Origin: Gordius albopunctatus
Taxonomy: Eukaryota
Assembly: GCA_964276515.1 (NCBI GenBank)
Contig: OZ193909.1
Coordinates: 16,492,001-16,556,000, forward strand
DNA length: 64,000 nucleotides
Direction: 5' to 3'
The translations under genes and the position numbers were made by a program. The notes beneath the pieces were generated by a model that did no database searches, was not told where the DNA came from, and worked only from the letters and a program-made list of their open reading frames with translations. This document shows, one piece after another, positions 38,953 to 52,565 of the stretch (within the stretch, counting starts at the first letter, position 1; every line of letters begins with the position of its first letter).

Positions 38953-39887
38953 GGGGAGACCGAGGCTAGTCGTAGCCCAGGGTTACTATTATCTTTGTAA
39001 TTATTTTTAAAAATAATAATGATATATTATTAAAATTTAAACCATATGTGTATGTTTTCATAAGGTATAAGTAAAAAATTTTTGTTTAGAAAAAATAAAA
39101 TTTAAAATTTTTATGGATGAAAAACGATTTTTCGGGGCTATTAGTAATTAGTAGCCTTGACAAAATTTTGTATTTTGCACATAAATTTTTTTGGCTCTAT
39201 ATTTTGGACTAATTTAAGTTTTATCTTATAAAGGGATATTTTTTATACAAAAACCACCTAACTATTACATTTTTATTCGCAATATAACATGTTCAATTAT
39301 TAATTGTTCATAAAAATAGGGGTCAGGGCTAGTCGGAGAGGAACTAGTTATAGCCATTTTTCATTGGACCTTATAAATTAAAAAATTTAAAAAACAAAAA
39401 TCTTGTTTATAATTCAACTTAGTGTAATTAGTAATAGAAATAGACTATGATTATACTTAAAAAAACGACTAGAAGTTTTTTTACATATCAGAATATGTCT
39501 TTTAGGTGTACTTAAGTCAGATTGTCATCTTGACCCTTTTTTATTTTTATTATATAAAATACAATCCTATTACATTTAAATTTTCTATATTTTATATAAT
39601 GTAACAATATTTTTATTGATTTAAGTTAGCATACACTATTAAGAAGTTAAAACGTCAGGATCCCCTGAACAGAGCTATAACTAACCCCGGGCACTTTTGA
39701 AATTTTTAGGATTTTTGATTTTTTTGAACTCAATTTATAAAAAAACATACACTCTTTTTTCTCAATTTTCTTTCCTATAATAGAAATAGACTATAAAAAT
39801 GTATTCCAATAAAAAAAATTATAAAAATATTTATTAGTTTTTTTAAGTGGTTTAATTTTTTATAGCTATTTAGGCCCCGGTCTCCCC
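38953..39887. mobile_element. Non-autonomous TA-targeting (Tc1/mariner/pogo-like) element
   Basis: TA|GGGGAGACCGAGGCTA ... GGCCCCGGTCTCCCC|TA, AT-rich interior, internal copies of the tagcccc motif. Confidence 0.75.
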
Positions 39888-42800
39888 TACCTAGCCCTGG
39901 ACAGTTGTTTTGCCGTGATAGGTATGGTAGAGAGGTGCATTGTGTGTCTGAAGAGGTCCTGGTAGGCCTCCTATAAGTCCCATTTATTTTCGCGATAAAG
40001 AAGGTGGCGGGCCGAAGTGAGAGGACAGGTGTCAATAACAAGATGATGGCTATTTCCTTGGTAAATTATTCCCACAATCCTTTTAAGAAAATTTGTTATT
40101 TGACATAGTATAAGAAGAACCCCAATTGGCTTTGATGAGTGTACGTCAACAGGGTGAGATATTCCTCGAAGGCGACCTTTAGAGTGAAGGGGACATAAAG
40201 GGATATTATACCTACCTCGAGTAAGGTCCCAACCGCGGGAATCATTTGGAGTGGAAATACGGTTTTTCGTATCGCTTGGTATCGTGTATTGCGGGGCGGT
40301 GTTGCGCCACGAGGTGGCGGGGAGGCGGATGGAGTTTTATTGGCGGTATCCTGTTAGAAAATTATCCTACCCGTTTCCTTAGTAAGTTGAGCGACAGCGC
40401 CAAACCAAGCTAGGTAAATAATATTTTGGTAACCAGAGAGAGTCGGTAAGCCTTGTAACACGACTCCAAAATTTTCCACCAGTCTCCTTATGCTTTTTTT
40501 AACGCTGGGTAGGGGCTGTGCCTTTCTTGACTTTGCGGCCCTTATGTTGCCTTGTACCCCTACCAGATTTCGGAAATAACTGCTTCTTAGCATGGGTGAG
40601 ATAATTTTGTGTCGTTGAACCCCATTTACTTTAGCCAATTCGGTTCCGGACGGGAGGCAGTTGCTCATTCAGAGTATTTTTATCGGCAATTGGCAGATGT
40701 TCTTTGAACCTCATAGGAGGGTTAGTTCGGCTCGTGTTCGTCCGTTTTAAGGATCTGGACGTTGAGGTATGACAGGATGCCAAGCTTTTGAAATGAAGAA
40801 ATAGTTCCTTTATACTTGATTTAAAAAAATAAAATTCGAAAAAAATGAAAATGGTAAAGCTTATAAACCATATTTAAGATGAAATCTTAGGTTTATAAGA
40901 AAATATATGCATTGGGTCACCTAACCTGTTGAATCTATAAATAGAGTTCTGGATTATTTTACCCTCAAGCTTGAGGTTTAGGCTTGTGTATAATTATGAC
41001 CTTAAGCTTTGAAGTTGATTTCGACCTCGTCCAATAGGTTAGCGCTTTGTTACTTTATCATCGGCTCATAAAGAACAAATGCATAGTTGCCAACAGTTGA
41101 AACTAGTGTAAAAGAGATTGAACAATTATCTTCTATTCCACACGTTTTTCTAATGCCTGTGGAATTCTTTCTCTTTATATTGTATCTTAGTACCATGGTT
41201 TATTGTAATTCGGAAATGGATTTAAAAATTTTCCGATTTTTATATCTTTAACAGTATTTGATATGAACAAAAAAAGTTGTGCTTACCATCTTTATAAAGT
41301 TTTAAGTGAATCAACAATTTAGAAAAATACTGCGATCTTTATTTGATTAATCGGAAAATGGTAATTAAAAGTATTGCATTTTTGAAAATGCTTGCGTTCA
41401 CTAAAATTAATGTCGATGAATAACAGCATTTATTAAATAATGTTACACGGGAAACCAATGTGTTATTCTATATATAAGAATTAGATGATTAAAATCACTA
41501 GGCACCTTAAAAACCCTTTTTCTCATTTTAAATTTACAATTTGCTTATTAAAATAAAATTTAAAATATTTAATAAAACCTATTTTAAAGTTCTTTTTACT
41601 ACTAGTTTCCTTAACCGCCTTTCAAGTTGGTTTTTCTTGGGACCGTTGGGCTATTGACGTATAAAAACTCCGAATTCGCTGTTACACCTGTGTTATCATA
41701 AAAAGATAACATCAACTCAACATATATTTAGATTTTTTAGACTTAAATTTTTAATCATAATCCTAAATTTAATTTAGCGAATTTTCTGATATGGGAAGGA
41801 CCTAAATTTAATTATTTAGAACTCACAAAGTCTGGTCATAATGGGACATTTTCAACGACATTTTACGTTGACCAAAAATAATTGTGACTAGAATATTTTT
41901 TGAATTGTTTGAGGATAGAATCAAGAAAACGCACAAGCTAAAAAGTCTTAAAAATTCAAAAATCGTTAATTTTTTTTATTAAGGATTCAATTTTGCTCTT
42001 ATATTTGGAGAGGAGGGTGAATTTTTGACAACATTGAGGGCACTGCCCCCCCCTTCTACCCAGCCCCCTAAGCTTGATAATAATATTTATGTCAAGGGTC
42101 AGTTCTAATAAATTTTGCAGATCTTTTTCAAGGTAAGCGTAGTGATGTATTCAATTTAGGTAGCCAATTAAAAGCACTTTAAATGATAATTTTTTATTCA
42201 TTAAATTACCAGAAGTCGGTCCAAAATTGTTTATCGCATACATAATATAAAAATTCAATTATCGACAATTGATTGAAAAAATATGCTGGCAAGCTAAACA
42301 GATCACCTTGGAAAAAAATTTCAGACTATTTTCTTTCCTCAAAAGCTTTGTTCTATTATTAAATTAATTATGCAAGAAATTTAGTTTGAGGTAAATTGAT
42401 GATATAATTTTAATTGAAATTAAATGTACTGACATAATGTTGGCGACAAAATATACGTTTGAATTTAACGTTAATATATAATTAAACGAATTGGCAATTG
42501 ATGATATAATTATGATTGCAGACAAAAATGGGAGATTTTAATATTATAGATGTTGTTATGCTATATAAAGACAAATTTATAGCTATGGATTGTTTTAAAA
42601 TTTGTTCATACTTGTTTAAATGACCCTAAAAATTCGCTGAATAGGTTATTTATAATATATATTTTTCTATTCGTTAGGTGGTTTTATTTTTTAGTTGCTC
42701 TGATGAAAAGATTAAACAATTTTTTGTTGCCAATTGTTCTATATTAAATAATACCAATTAATTTTCATAATTTAGTTTAAGATATAATTCATGACTTGAC

Positions 42801-42907
42801 TAACCATTAAATTACTATATTTTATAATAAAATATTAATGGATACTTAATTTTTTTTATATTTGAAACGATTTCAATGAATTCATAGGTATAAAGGCTAA
42901 AATTCCT

Positions 42908-45900
42908 ATGGACTCCAAAGAATTTCTAAGCTACAGTGCTAAAGTTTCTGATATGATAGTTAATTATTTGGAAAACATAAAATCTCGACCCGTTGTACCG
43001 AACGTTAAGCCTGGATTTTTGAAGCATTCTTTACCCACAACTGCCCCTGAATTGGCTGAATCCATGGATGACATTTTAATTGACTTACAATCTATTATCA
43101 TGCCAGGGGTATTTTATAGCTTAATTTAAAAACTATGTTTTTTAGCTAACAATGTGAAAGGATATTTCTCGAATACGTCTATCAATAGGATTTATTGAAT
43201 TTTTTAGTGTATCAAATGTTGTACTATTATTTTTTGTTAGATTTACTTGTAATAAAAATTTAATATATAATACGAACTTCCTAGCATTTCTACTATTGAG
43301 GATGACCTAGCTGTGTTGTATGCTTTATGAACAAGAAACAATATAGAAATAAAAATATTTTTTTCACCTTGATATATTTTTTTCTAAAATGGAGAAATAA
43401 GAGGCATACTTATACCCTAATCTCTTAACCATGCTCATTCAGTTATAAATTTTTAATTAAGGAGGCATCTTACAGGAATTGAAGTATTTTACATCAATTC
43501 CTTGGGCGGGTTCGGGATGGGCAGGTTCCTCACGTACAGGACTATAATAAATTAATTGTGTAGATTGTATATAGTTCTCAAACAATTTGTATTGGTATGA
43601 TAACATAATAGGTAACAAATTGGCAACATCCCCATTTTTATGCCTACTTTCCTGCCGGCAATTCCTTTCCTTCAATACTTGCAGATATGATCTCGGATGC
43701 CATAGGATGTGTAGGTTTTTCTTGGGTAAATTATTCATTTATCCAAAGTCATAAATAAGTTTTCCTTTAAATTTGATAAAATTTGTAATTTCTAAATCAA
43801 TAGGCTGCCAGTCCTTCATGTACCGAATTGGAGCTCATAATGCTGGATTGGTTAGGTAAATAGAAAACATTGACTATGTAAAAATACTTTTTATCGTATG
43901 TAAACGTGAAAAATACTAAAATTAACGTTAGTATTATAAAAAGTGTGGAATATTTAAATTTCTACGGCTTTTCAGAGATTTTGTCTTATTTTCTATTATA
44001 TTAAAAGCAATGACATTATATTTTTTAATATTAGCCAAGATGATCGGTCTTCCAAACCATTTCCTTTTTCATCATCCACAAAGCATTGGAGGCGGCGTAT
44101 TACAAGTACAAAAAATATATTCTCAAACATAATATATGGTAAGAGAATTTAGCGAAATCAAAACATACCTTCTATTTGTTATTGACCGCTTGGGGCTTAA
44201 GTATTTTGAGGAAATATATTACTCACTTCACTATAATTGAGGTGATGATAAAAAGTGTTGCCCGATTGGTGTACAAGGTGATACTTAAGGGTATACAAAG
44301 ATATGTATACAAGATTAAAGCAAGATGCCGTGTAAAGTATGGGACGTTTTGCATAAATGAGAATGAAGCAGTAATCAAGAGATAATGATTGTGTTCAATT
44401 GTGCTTTATTTGCCGAATCGGGCATTGATTTTCAGTTCGAATCAGTCGATGTGTATACATTAGATAAAAATCTTGAATGGATTAGTTCATGGATTTAATA
44501 TAGTTGTTGAAGCGATTGTTAGTTAGGAATACTTGGGGCAATATATTTTGGTAATTTTGTATGGTTTTAATCTACAAAACGGCCGGCCCTATATTATAAA
44601 TAATGGGTCCGGCCCAGCACGAACTTAAAGCCTATGATATTCAAGGCCCGAGGCCCGGCTCGATATTTAATTTCTAAAGTAGCTAGTTTTTTAACATTTA
44701 AAAGCATCAGGCGCTATATTTTCGCGTCGTAAATTGTTGTAAATTTATTTTTCGTCTAAATTATATATGGAGGGCTCGGCCAGTGAATGTGTATTAGTAA
44801 GCATGCTAACCGCGAGAAATAAAGCTATCGAAAGACTCAAATTAAAATATCCCAATGAATGCCCAGGTGTCTTGCTGTACAAACTCGTCGCATATTGCTC
44901 CAATCAAGTTAGCTTTAATTTTTGAACGCTGACTTATTATAATGATGAGCGCACAAACAAACCTATTTTAATTTAATTTTTTTAAGGCTCATTGTGCTAT
45001 AGCGAAGGCTGCCCAAATTTGTTTCATTAGTTTGCGAAGTTTGAACCCCGACGAAAATTACAGTCTAGGCGGCAAGGAATTAGAATCAGCCATTCAGGTA
45101 TATTTATAAAAAATCCCTGAAATTAAAGCATTCTTATCAATAAACATTGGTGTCTAAATTTTTTAATGTACAAAAAAACGAAATTAATGAGGAAAAATGT
45201 AAATAAATTGGTTTTCAAAGTTTTTTGATGAAGTTTTTTATTTTTTAATATCACTGTTAAATAAAACGTCTTCATATTTTTTATTAAATTATTTAATCTT
45301 TGCCCGACTTTAATTAAAATGCTTCCTAGTCTATTTGTTTTGTGGAAAATAAACATTACCTGATCGCTTTAGTTGTCTCCCTCTCCTCAGGAGAAGGTTA
45401 TTTATCAAAATCAGAGAAGTTTGCTAGCCAGTAAAATTTTAAGCTTGCATACCTTATATGTGTACTTTAAAATTGAATGCAAAAAAATAATAATCAATAA
45501 TTTGTATAGCTAACACCAATACTAATATAAAAAGAGCTTATTCAACTCGTAAATAAAATGTTAATATTAGCATGATATTCAATTAAATTTAATTATGGAA
45601 AAACACACCATGATATTAGAAATTATAAAAAAGTATATTTAAAATTATGTAATATTATTTTAGGAAGACATTGCCAATGGTCTATTTCCTTTCATGGTAT
45701 GTCACATTGAAATACTTAAATTCATTTATAGTGAAGTTAATTATAACTGATACTGATTTGTTCCTAATCACTTAAAAGTAATCATTGTATACTAGTACCA
45801 TAAAACTACAAATTTTCTCGTAACTAATATTAATATATAATACTTGAAGTTTTTTTAATTTAGGCATTTGGTACACTTGGGACTACCTCTGTTTGCTCAT

Positions 45901-48900
45901 TTGATAATATATTGGAAATAGGGGATGTTTGTAAATCTCACGAGATGTGGTTCCACATAGACGCGGCTTATGCTGGATCAGCATTCGTATGCCCCGAATT
46001 AAGGACGCATCTTAAAGGAATTGAAGTATTTTACATCAATTTTTTAGTCGGGCTCTGGGCGGGTTATTAGTCGATTTTTGATCAAGTTATACGGATATTT
46101 TATAGACTCTGCGAGTTTGTTTCCATTCATAAAATAAAAAATAATATAGAGTGTTTTAAATATAGACCAGTTTATATAAGAGAAAGATTTTCTAAATAAG
46201 CCTTAGGAGCCCTTGGGGTCAGATATTTAAAGAAGAATAAAGGGGCCGATTGCAAAACAGAAAACAACAAATGAAAATAAATGACTATTTTTAAAAATTA
46301 ATTTGAGTAGCGAACTATAAGCTTAATAACCTTTTGCCAGATAAATTAATGTGAGAGCGAGTCGATCTGAACTAAATTACACATAGAAATAACTCCATTC
46401 ACTTTATTGACCGGAACTTTTTAATTATTGCAATATTTTTGGGCAATCTAAATAAAAAGTTTTATGAAGAGGAATAGAAAAAGTCAGTTTTATATGCAAA
46501 GTATTCAAATATTTCCGGGTTATATGAGCAAATAGTATATCAATGATAAAAAAAAGTTCCCCTGAACAGGCTGATTTTAATGAAAATTGATAGAGACTAT
46601 TACTTTAGCTGTTTATAATTTAAATCTCTAACATATGTAGACATTTTATTTTTTAAACATTTTCCAATTAATAAATACAATATATAATTATTGTAGTATG
46701 CCGATTCTTTTAATATGAACCCAAACAAATGGATGTTAATGAATTTTGACTGTTCGGCTTATTGGTAAGATTCAAGAATTGTTTTAATATTTGTATAATA
46801 ATTACACTAATATTTATTTTGTACAATATGACAGGGTGAAAGATCGTAATATCCTCATAAATACTATGAATCAAAACCCAACATATTTGCAACATAAAAA
46901 TTCAGGTAAATGTAATTCTCGTTACCCATAGTTAGTTCTTATGTTAGTGTATTCTTTACTTTTAATAACAACCTTGTAAACTATACCAATGTTTAAGTCG
47001 CCTTGCAAGTTAAGCTTCTTTTTTGAGATTGCAAACAATTGTAAATCAGCAATTACCATAAAACTAATGAAGCTTTAAAAAAACATGTTATTATATTTTC
47101 ACAAGACTCTTTGAATAGAATAGTAAAAGCTTTAATCAGTATAAAACTAGGTGCAAGACTATTTAGATATGACATAGGCCACGCTTTCCATTTTTAATGG
47201 TCTTTACAAGGCGCAATCTATATAATTTAGTGAATAAAGTCCGACTTCCTTATTTTGCTACTAAACATATAGATGTGAGTTTATTTATATTTTATTTTAT
47301 AGAATTGTCAGATGCCGTTGACTATCGAGTAAAAATTGTTTTAGCATTCATATGAAAGCTATTGATAGTAAATACTTAAATTTAAATGATAAATTATCAA
47401 CAGCATTGGGGTATATCTTTGAGCAGACGTTTCAGGTCTTTGAAGCTTTGGTTTGTTATACGAAGATATGGTATAACAGGTATCCAGAAGTACATCCGAA
47501 ATGTAAATTCATAATAGAAACATTTTTAATTAGCAACCACATTTTCTAATAGCGCGTAGTTAATTTATATTTTTTCAAAGCATATTCAATTGGCCAAATT
47601 GTTTGAAAGCTTGGTCAGGCAGGATACGAGGTTTGAAATATGTGGAACAGTAGAATTGGGATTAGTTTGTTTTCGCCTCAAGGTATATTAATATTATATA
47701 ATAAACATTTACGGAATCGGGTAAATTGAATTAATACAAGCAATCAGTATATTTATAAATATACCTCTGATTAAAAAGGTCAATCAAAATATTCCCACAA
47801 GTTCATAATATAAAACAATAAGGATGTTTTTTTAAATTACTAGTTAGTAATGCTGTAAAAAAGACTGGGTTGGTCAACCTTTCGTTTTAGTCGGCTAAAC
47901 CTAAACAACCCAAATATTTTTTGGTCTGCTTTTCTTATTTAAGTTTAGTCGACTAGATAGTATAATTTTTTTAATTTTTCTATGCATTTTGTCGAATTAT
48001 GTCAGGTTAACAAGTGAGATATGATAGAATTAAATAAAAACCTTTAAATAAACTTATAAAACTTATATAGGCCATCAACGAGATTAACAAACGATTGCTG
48101 GATGCATTGAATGATAGTGGAAAAATACATATGGTGCCCGCGACACTGGGAACGGTATTCGTTTTGCGGTTTGCTGTATGCAGGGAAAATGCTGAGAAGC
48201 ACGACATTATTTGGGCATGGAATTTTATTCAGCAGACATCTACTAAACTGCTAGAAAATTTGCGCTCAATTAATATGAAAATAGCCATTTTCCCCAAATT
48301 AGGTTTTAATGTTTCAATTAGCCTTCAAAAATTTCCTATTTTTCCAACCTTCTTCGAGGTTGCCCACATGTGTCGCTTAAGCAAAACGCTCATTAAACAA
48401 ATCTTGTGTCGTAGCTATTTTGGTGACACTTCTGGCTTAAAGGTAAAACACACGATTCAATGCGCACGTGATGTTGAAGGCTTTTTGAAAGTTCTAAATC
48501 ACGGTAAAATCATATATTTGCAGAGCATGATTGTCAGGACGAATCTGTTAAATTATCCGAGATATTCAATGAATAGGACAAAATATCGAAGTAATGGCGA
48601 TTTGTTCAGAATTTCGTACGAAGACGATATAATTCAAAAATTTGTCGAATTTATTCAGTTTTGCATAACATCGCAGTTATATGGGAAGATAAGCAAGCAA
48701 AAACAGCTAGGGCCTGGTAAAAATGGTTTCGTCGATCAAAAGCACATGCTAGAAATACCGGAGGAATATGAACATAAAAAGTTAAACTTCAATACTTTAA
48801 CAAAGCAACGAAGATCAATAACAGCATATTCTAAAGTATATAATCCTTGCGTGGGCGATATTACTATTAACGTGGACAAGCACAATTACATTCTCAATAA

Positions 48901-48931
48901 TAGATCCTATAGAGCAGCTTCCATTTTCTAA
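42908..48931 (+). CDS. Tdc: Aromatic amino-acid decarboxylase, tyrosine decarboxylase-like (group II PLP enzyme), 14 exons
   Basis: Exons ~42908-43108, 43612-43725, 43804-43855, 44035-44105, 44773-44907, 44987-45097, 45664-45696, 45864-46025, 46697-46764, 46834-46905, 47303-47328, 47404-47501, 47581-47682, 48071-48931. They give [43 protein letters not shown], the PLP-lysine motif NPNKW (Tdc-type; DDC has NPHKW, HDC NPSKW), [20 protein letters not shown] and a long C-terminal extension as in invertebrate Tdc. Confidence 0.9.
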
Positions 48932-49250
48932 TAAATTATTGTTAATATATATTTTATATTATTTATAAGTACGATCGATACACTGATTCAAACACGCTAA
49001 TTATTTCGAGTTATTAGACATTAGAATTAGTGGTAATTTGAAAATCAAACATTAAAGACTGTACATTGGCTATCTTAAAATGCTTATACTATTTGAAATA
49101 CAACGTCTAAATAATTTTTAAATATTTTATAAAGGTTGTACTACTTTAAAGTGTCTAGTTGAGGTAATAATTGGATTGTTATCATTAATTACAAGTTTTT
49201 AAGACAACTTAATTTTAAGCCAGTAATAGGAAACTCTTTTTTGTAGTTAA

Positions 49251-52200
49251 ATTTTCCCTCCCCCACCCTATAGTTGTTTGTCACATTTAGTGGTCAGCTC
49301 CTTCAAATAGGTTCTCCATATATCTGCATTTGCACCAGCTTCGCTTTAGCTCGTGCCTTCTCGAGTCCATATCTATTTTATGCTTCCATGTCAGTTTAGG
49401 CCTCCCTCTCTTTCATTTACTTCCGACTTGCACTTTCCTGATACGATTTGTCAAGTGATTCTCCTCCCGTCTCTCCAAATGGCCATACCATCTCAATCTT
49501 CTTACCACCAACTTTCTCTGAATCGGAACTACATTTAGTATATGGTCCTTTTTGTTTATTCCCATTCCCAAGATTCATCTTAACATTCGCATCTCCATTG
49601 TAGCCAAGCTTTGCTCCTCTTTTGCCTTAATTGACCAGGTTTCCGCTCCATACAATACCGTGGGTACAATAACGGCGTTATATAACCGTACTTTCAATTT
49701 AAGTGGTATATGTTTGTCATATAGGACACCACTAAACTCCATAAAATTTAGCCAGCCTGCGTCTTGCCTTAATTTCGTTTTCCACACCCCCATCACATTG
49801 TACCCTAGAACCAAGATATTTAAATTCTTTCCTACTGCTTAAACACCAGTAATCGATTTGCAGGTGTGTTTCTTTGTATTCATTCCCCGACTCCAAGCAT
49901 ACATATTCAGTTTTATCTCGGTTGACCCTAATGCCTTTGCTTTAAATTCACTCCATCCATACTTTTACCTGCTCTGCTAATTCCAAATTTGAGCCTGCGC
50001 ACAGGACTATATCATCCGCAAAGAGCATTGTCTAAGGTGATTCGCGTTTCAGGTCCTTCGTTATCGAATCCATTATTGTTATGAGGAGCAATGGACTTAA
50101 GGCCGATCCTTGATGCACACCGACATTTAGACTGAATCCCTTTGATGTATCACTGGATGTCCGAACTTTGATTTTTGCTTTTCTATACATATCCTTTATT
50201 AACATTATATACGTGTACACCATTGGAACTCAGGCTATCCCATATCAACTGCCTTGGCACTTTATCGAAAGCTTTCTCAAGATCGATGAAACACATATGA
50301 AGATCGTTTTGATTTTCCTTATATAATTCCATAAGTCTCCTAAGACCATGTATTGCATCTGAAGTCAACTTTCAGGCATGAATTAAAATTGTCATTCATC
50401 TATTGAGATTATTTTTCGGAGTCTAGCTTCTATTACTTTTCCCCACACATTCATTAGGTGACTCGTTAACTTTATCCCCCGATAGTTGTTGCATTCTTGT
50501 ACATCTCCCTTTATTTTATAGATTGGTATAACACAGCTTTCCCTCCACTCATCAGCCATCATACCACTTGCAAGTATTTTGCTAAACAGCTTTGCAAGTA
50601 GATGTACACGTAAGGGTCCTAGCATTTTTAAACCTTCCATAGGTATATTATTAGGTCCCACCGCTCTACCCATGGTCATCTTTTTTACACCTGGTCAACC
50701 TCTTCTGTCACTTCTAACTCTGGGTCATATTCATAGTTCTTGCCTTCGCAGTGGTCCGAAAACATATTCTCACTGTTTAATAAATCTTTATAGTATTCTT
50801 CCCAAAGATCTATGATTTTATTGTCCAGAGTTAGAGTTATGCCTTCTTTGCTCTTTATGGTTTTCACGTTTACCACATCCTTTGAGTAACTTACACTTGT
50901 CTTTGCGATTTTGTAGATCCTTCTTTCCCCTTCTCTAATAGTTAACTTGGCGTTTAAATTTTTGTAAACCTCTGTTTTAGCCTTGGTTAGGCAACATTTT
51001 GCCTCATTTTTAGCTTTCACATATGCCTATCTTGTTTCTTCACTTCTGCTGCCTGACCATAATTTTTATAGCTTTTTTCAACTTGACTAGGCGTTGCACG
51101 TCATCGTTCCACCACCATGTCTCCATATCTTTTTGTATACCTGGTTTTCCTTCTCCTAGAACACATCTCGCTACTGATCGTACCATGTTAGCTATGTTAT
51201 TCCACATATCGTTGGCACTCTGCTGATCATCTATTTTCAGCCGTTAAATTATTGGATCATTGTAAATATCTTTCAATTTTGGTAGCCGGACCCATTTGAT
51301 TTTCCCATTTAATCTCTTCGGCTTTTGTGTTTTCGCCTTGGATATGGTATAGTCCATCAAAATAAGTATAAGCTGGGATGCAATAGCCTCACCTGATACC
51401 TGATATAACCTTACAATTGCGTACATTCTTTAATTCTTTTCTTGATATTAGGAGAAAGTCAATCTGCGAAGACCGATTCCCACTTTTGTACGTTATAAGA
51501 TGATTTACATTTTTTAAGAAGGTATTTGTGATGGCCAAATCAAATACTACAGCTATTTTCAATATTTCGTCGCCTTCATCGTTTCTCGCTCCGCACACAT
51601 TTCCACCACTCCAATTATAACTATCTCGACTCTGAGTATCATGCGCAGCGTTTCGTCTAATTCTTCCTGAAATTCCTCCTCTTCTTCATCTGTGCATCCT
51701 GTTTGCGGAGCATATCCGGAAACTACATTAATCATTTAACCTTCTATCTATATTTTCAACATCATGAATCGCCCACTTTTTCTTCGTACCTCAATGACTT
51801 TCTCTTCGAGATGTAAGGCTAATATGATTGCTACGCCATTTTTATTTGTTTCTAGGCCATTTAAGTAAAGTTTATAGCCTTCACCTATCATCTTTATTTT
51901 GCGCCTTTTCCTCTTGTTTCCTGTCTTCTTCTTCTTTATCAGTTATTTGGTCTCACATTCGTGGTGTTTGTTTTGATAATTTTCTCCATCTTGACCGGAT
52001 GAGTGCCATGTCTTAAGTAATCTCTTTAGTTTTTATAACTTTATCGACTTGCCCTTTCCACGTGACACGGGGTCGTTCTCTTCCTCTCTTCCCGGATACC
52101 TCCATGTCCAGTACTTTTCGATTTACGTCATCCGTGTCCCTTCTTAGTATATGCCTATACCCCACCTTAGCCGATTTTAGTTAATCATGTCCGCAATTTT

Positions 52201-52565
52201 CCTGTATACACGCTAAATCGACCCGTCATTTGCTGAGGGTGTCAGTAACTTCTCGGCATTTGTCAGTCATCGTCCAAATTTTAGCGAGCCCACTCTCAAT
52301 CTCGTCCTTAACAAACTAGTTTCTTTAATTACATCCGTTTGCCAAAGATGTAGTGAACCTCGTTGACATTCATGATACGGGCGCCTACAATGCGCCTTGT
52401 TTATGGAGGACGCCCTAGGCTGACGCTCGCCTATTTAGGTCTGATAGCCGTGTTGACGATGTGAGATATTTTTAATCTTTAAAATAAGTACCGGAGAGGA
52501 TATCGAACCGGCAAACTCTTGCTTCAAAGCTTAAACCTATACCCCTACGCCACTACGCCCCTGCC
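49251..52565 (-). mobile_element. Degenerate near-full-length RTE-clade LINE (family A) with a tRNA-like 5' head
   Basis: APE fragments (RVGSL..VDLACIQE, NGVAI, SQIDFLL), RT motifs (YRGIKL, FIDLEKAFD, GVHQGSALSPLL, MLFADDIV), LYGAETW; many stops and frameshifts; 13-bp TSD tttttgtagttaa at 49238-49250 and 52566-52578. Confidence 0.9.
51925..52197 (-). mobile_element. RTE family B 3' fragment nested in the endonuclease region of RTE family A
   Basis: Splits CIQE|QETR; 8-bp TSD tttcctgt (51917-51924, 52198-52205); (GAA)n tail; matches 1040-1250. Confidence 0.8.

Larger units (their letters stand above)
37280..40780 (-). pseudogene. Two tandem, diverged, decayed coding units of an unidentified element, interrupted by a CRE fragment and a MITE
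   Basis: Homologous blocks at 38185-38330 vs 40515-40665 and 37290-37500 vs 39994-40200, with apparent synonymous differences (KGRNVKR/KGRKVKK, PLTLSVAFE/PFTLKVAFE, ATFFI). Confidence 0.55.

Noticed and set aside
43457..43738. 93-aa minus-strand ORF
   Set aside because: Antisense to Tdc exon 2 and intron 1; no recognisable motif
52488..52565. Functional tRNA gene
   Set aside because: No convincing acceptor or anticodon stems by eye; lies inside a LINE TSD, so treated as a tRNA-derived head
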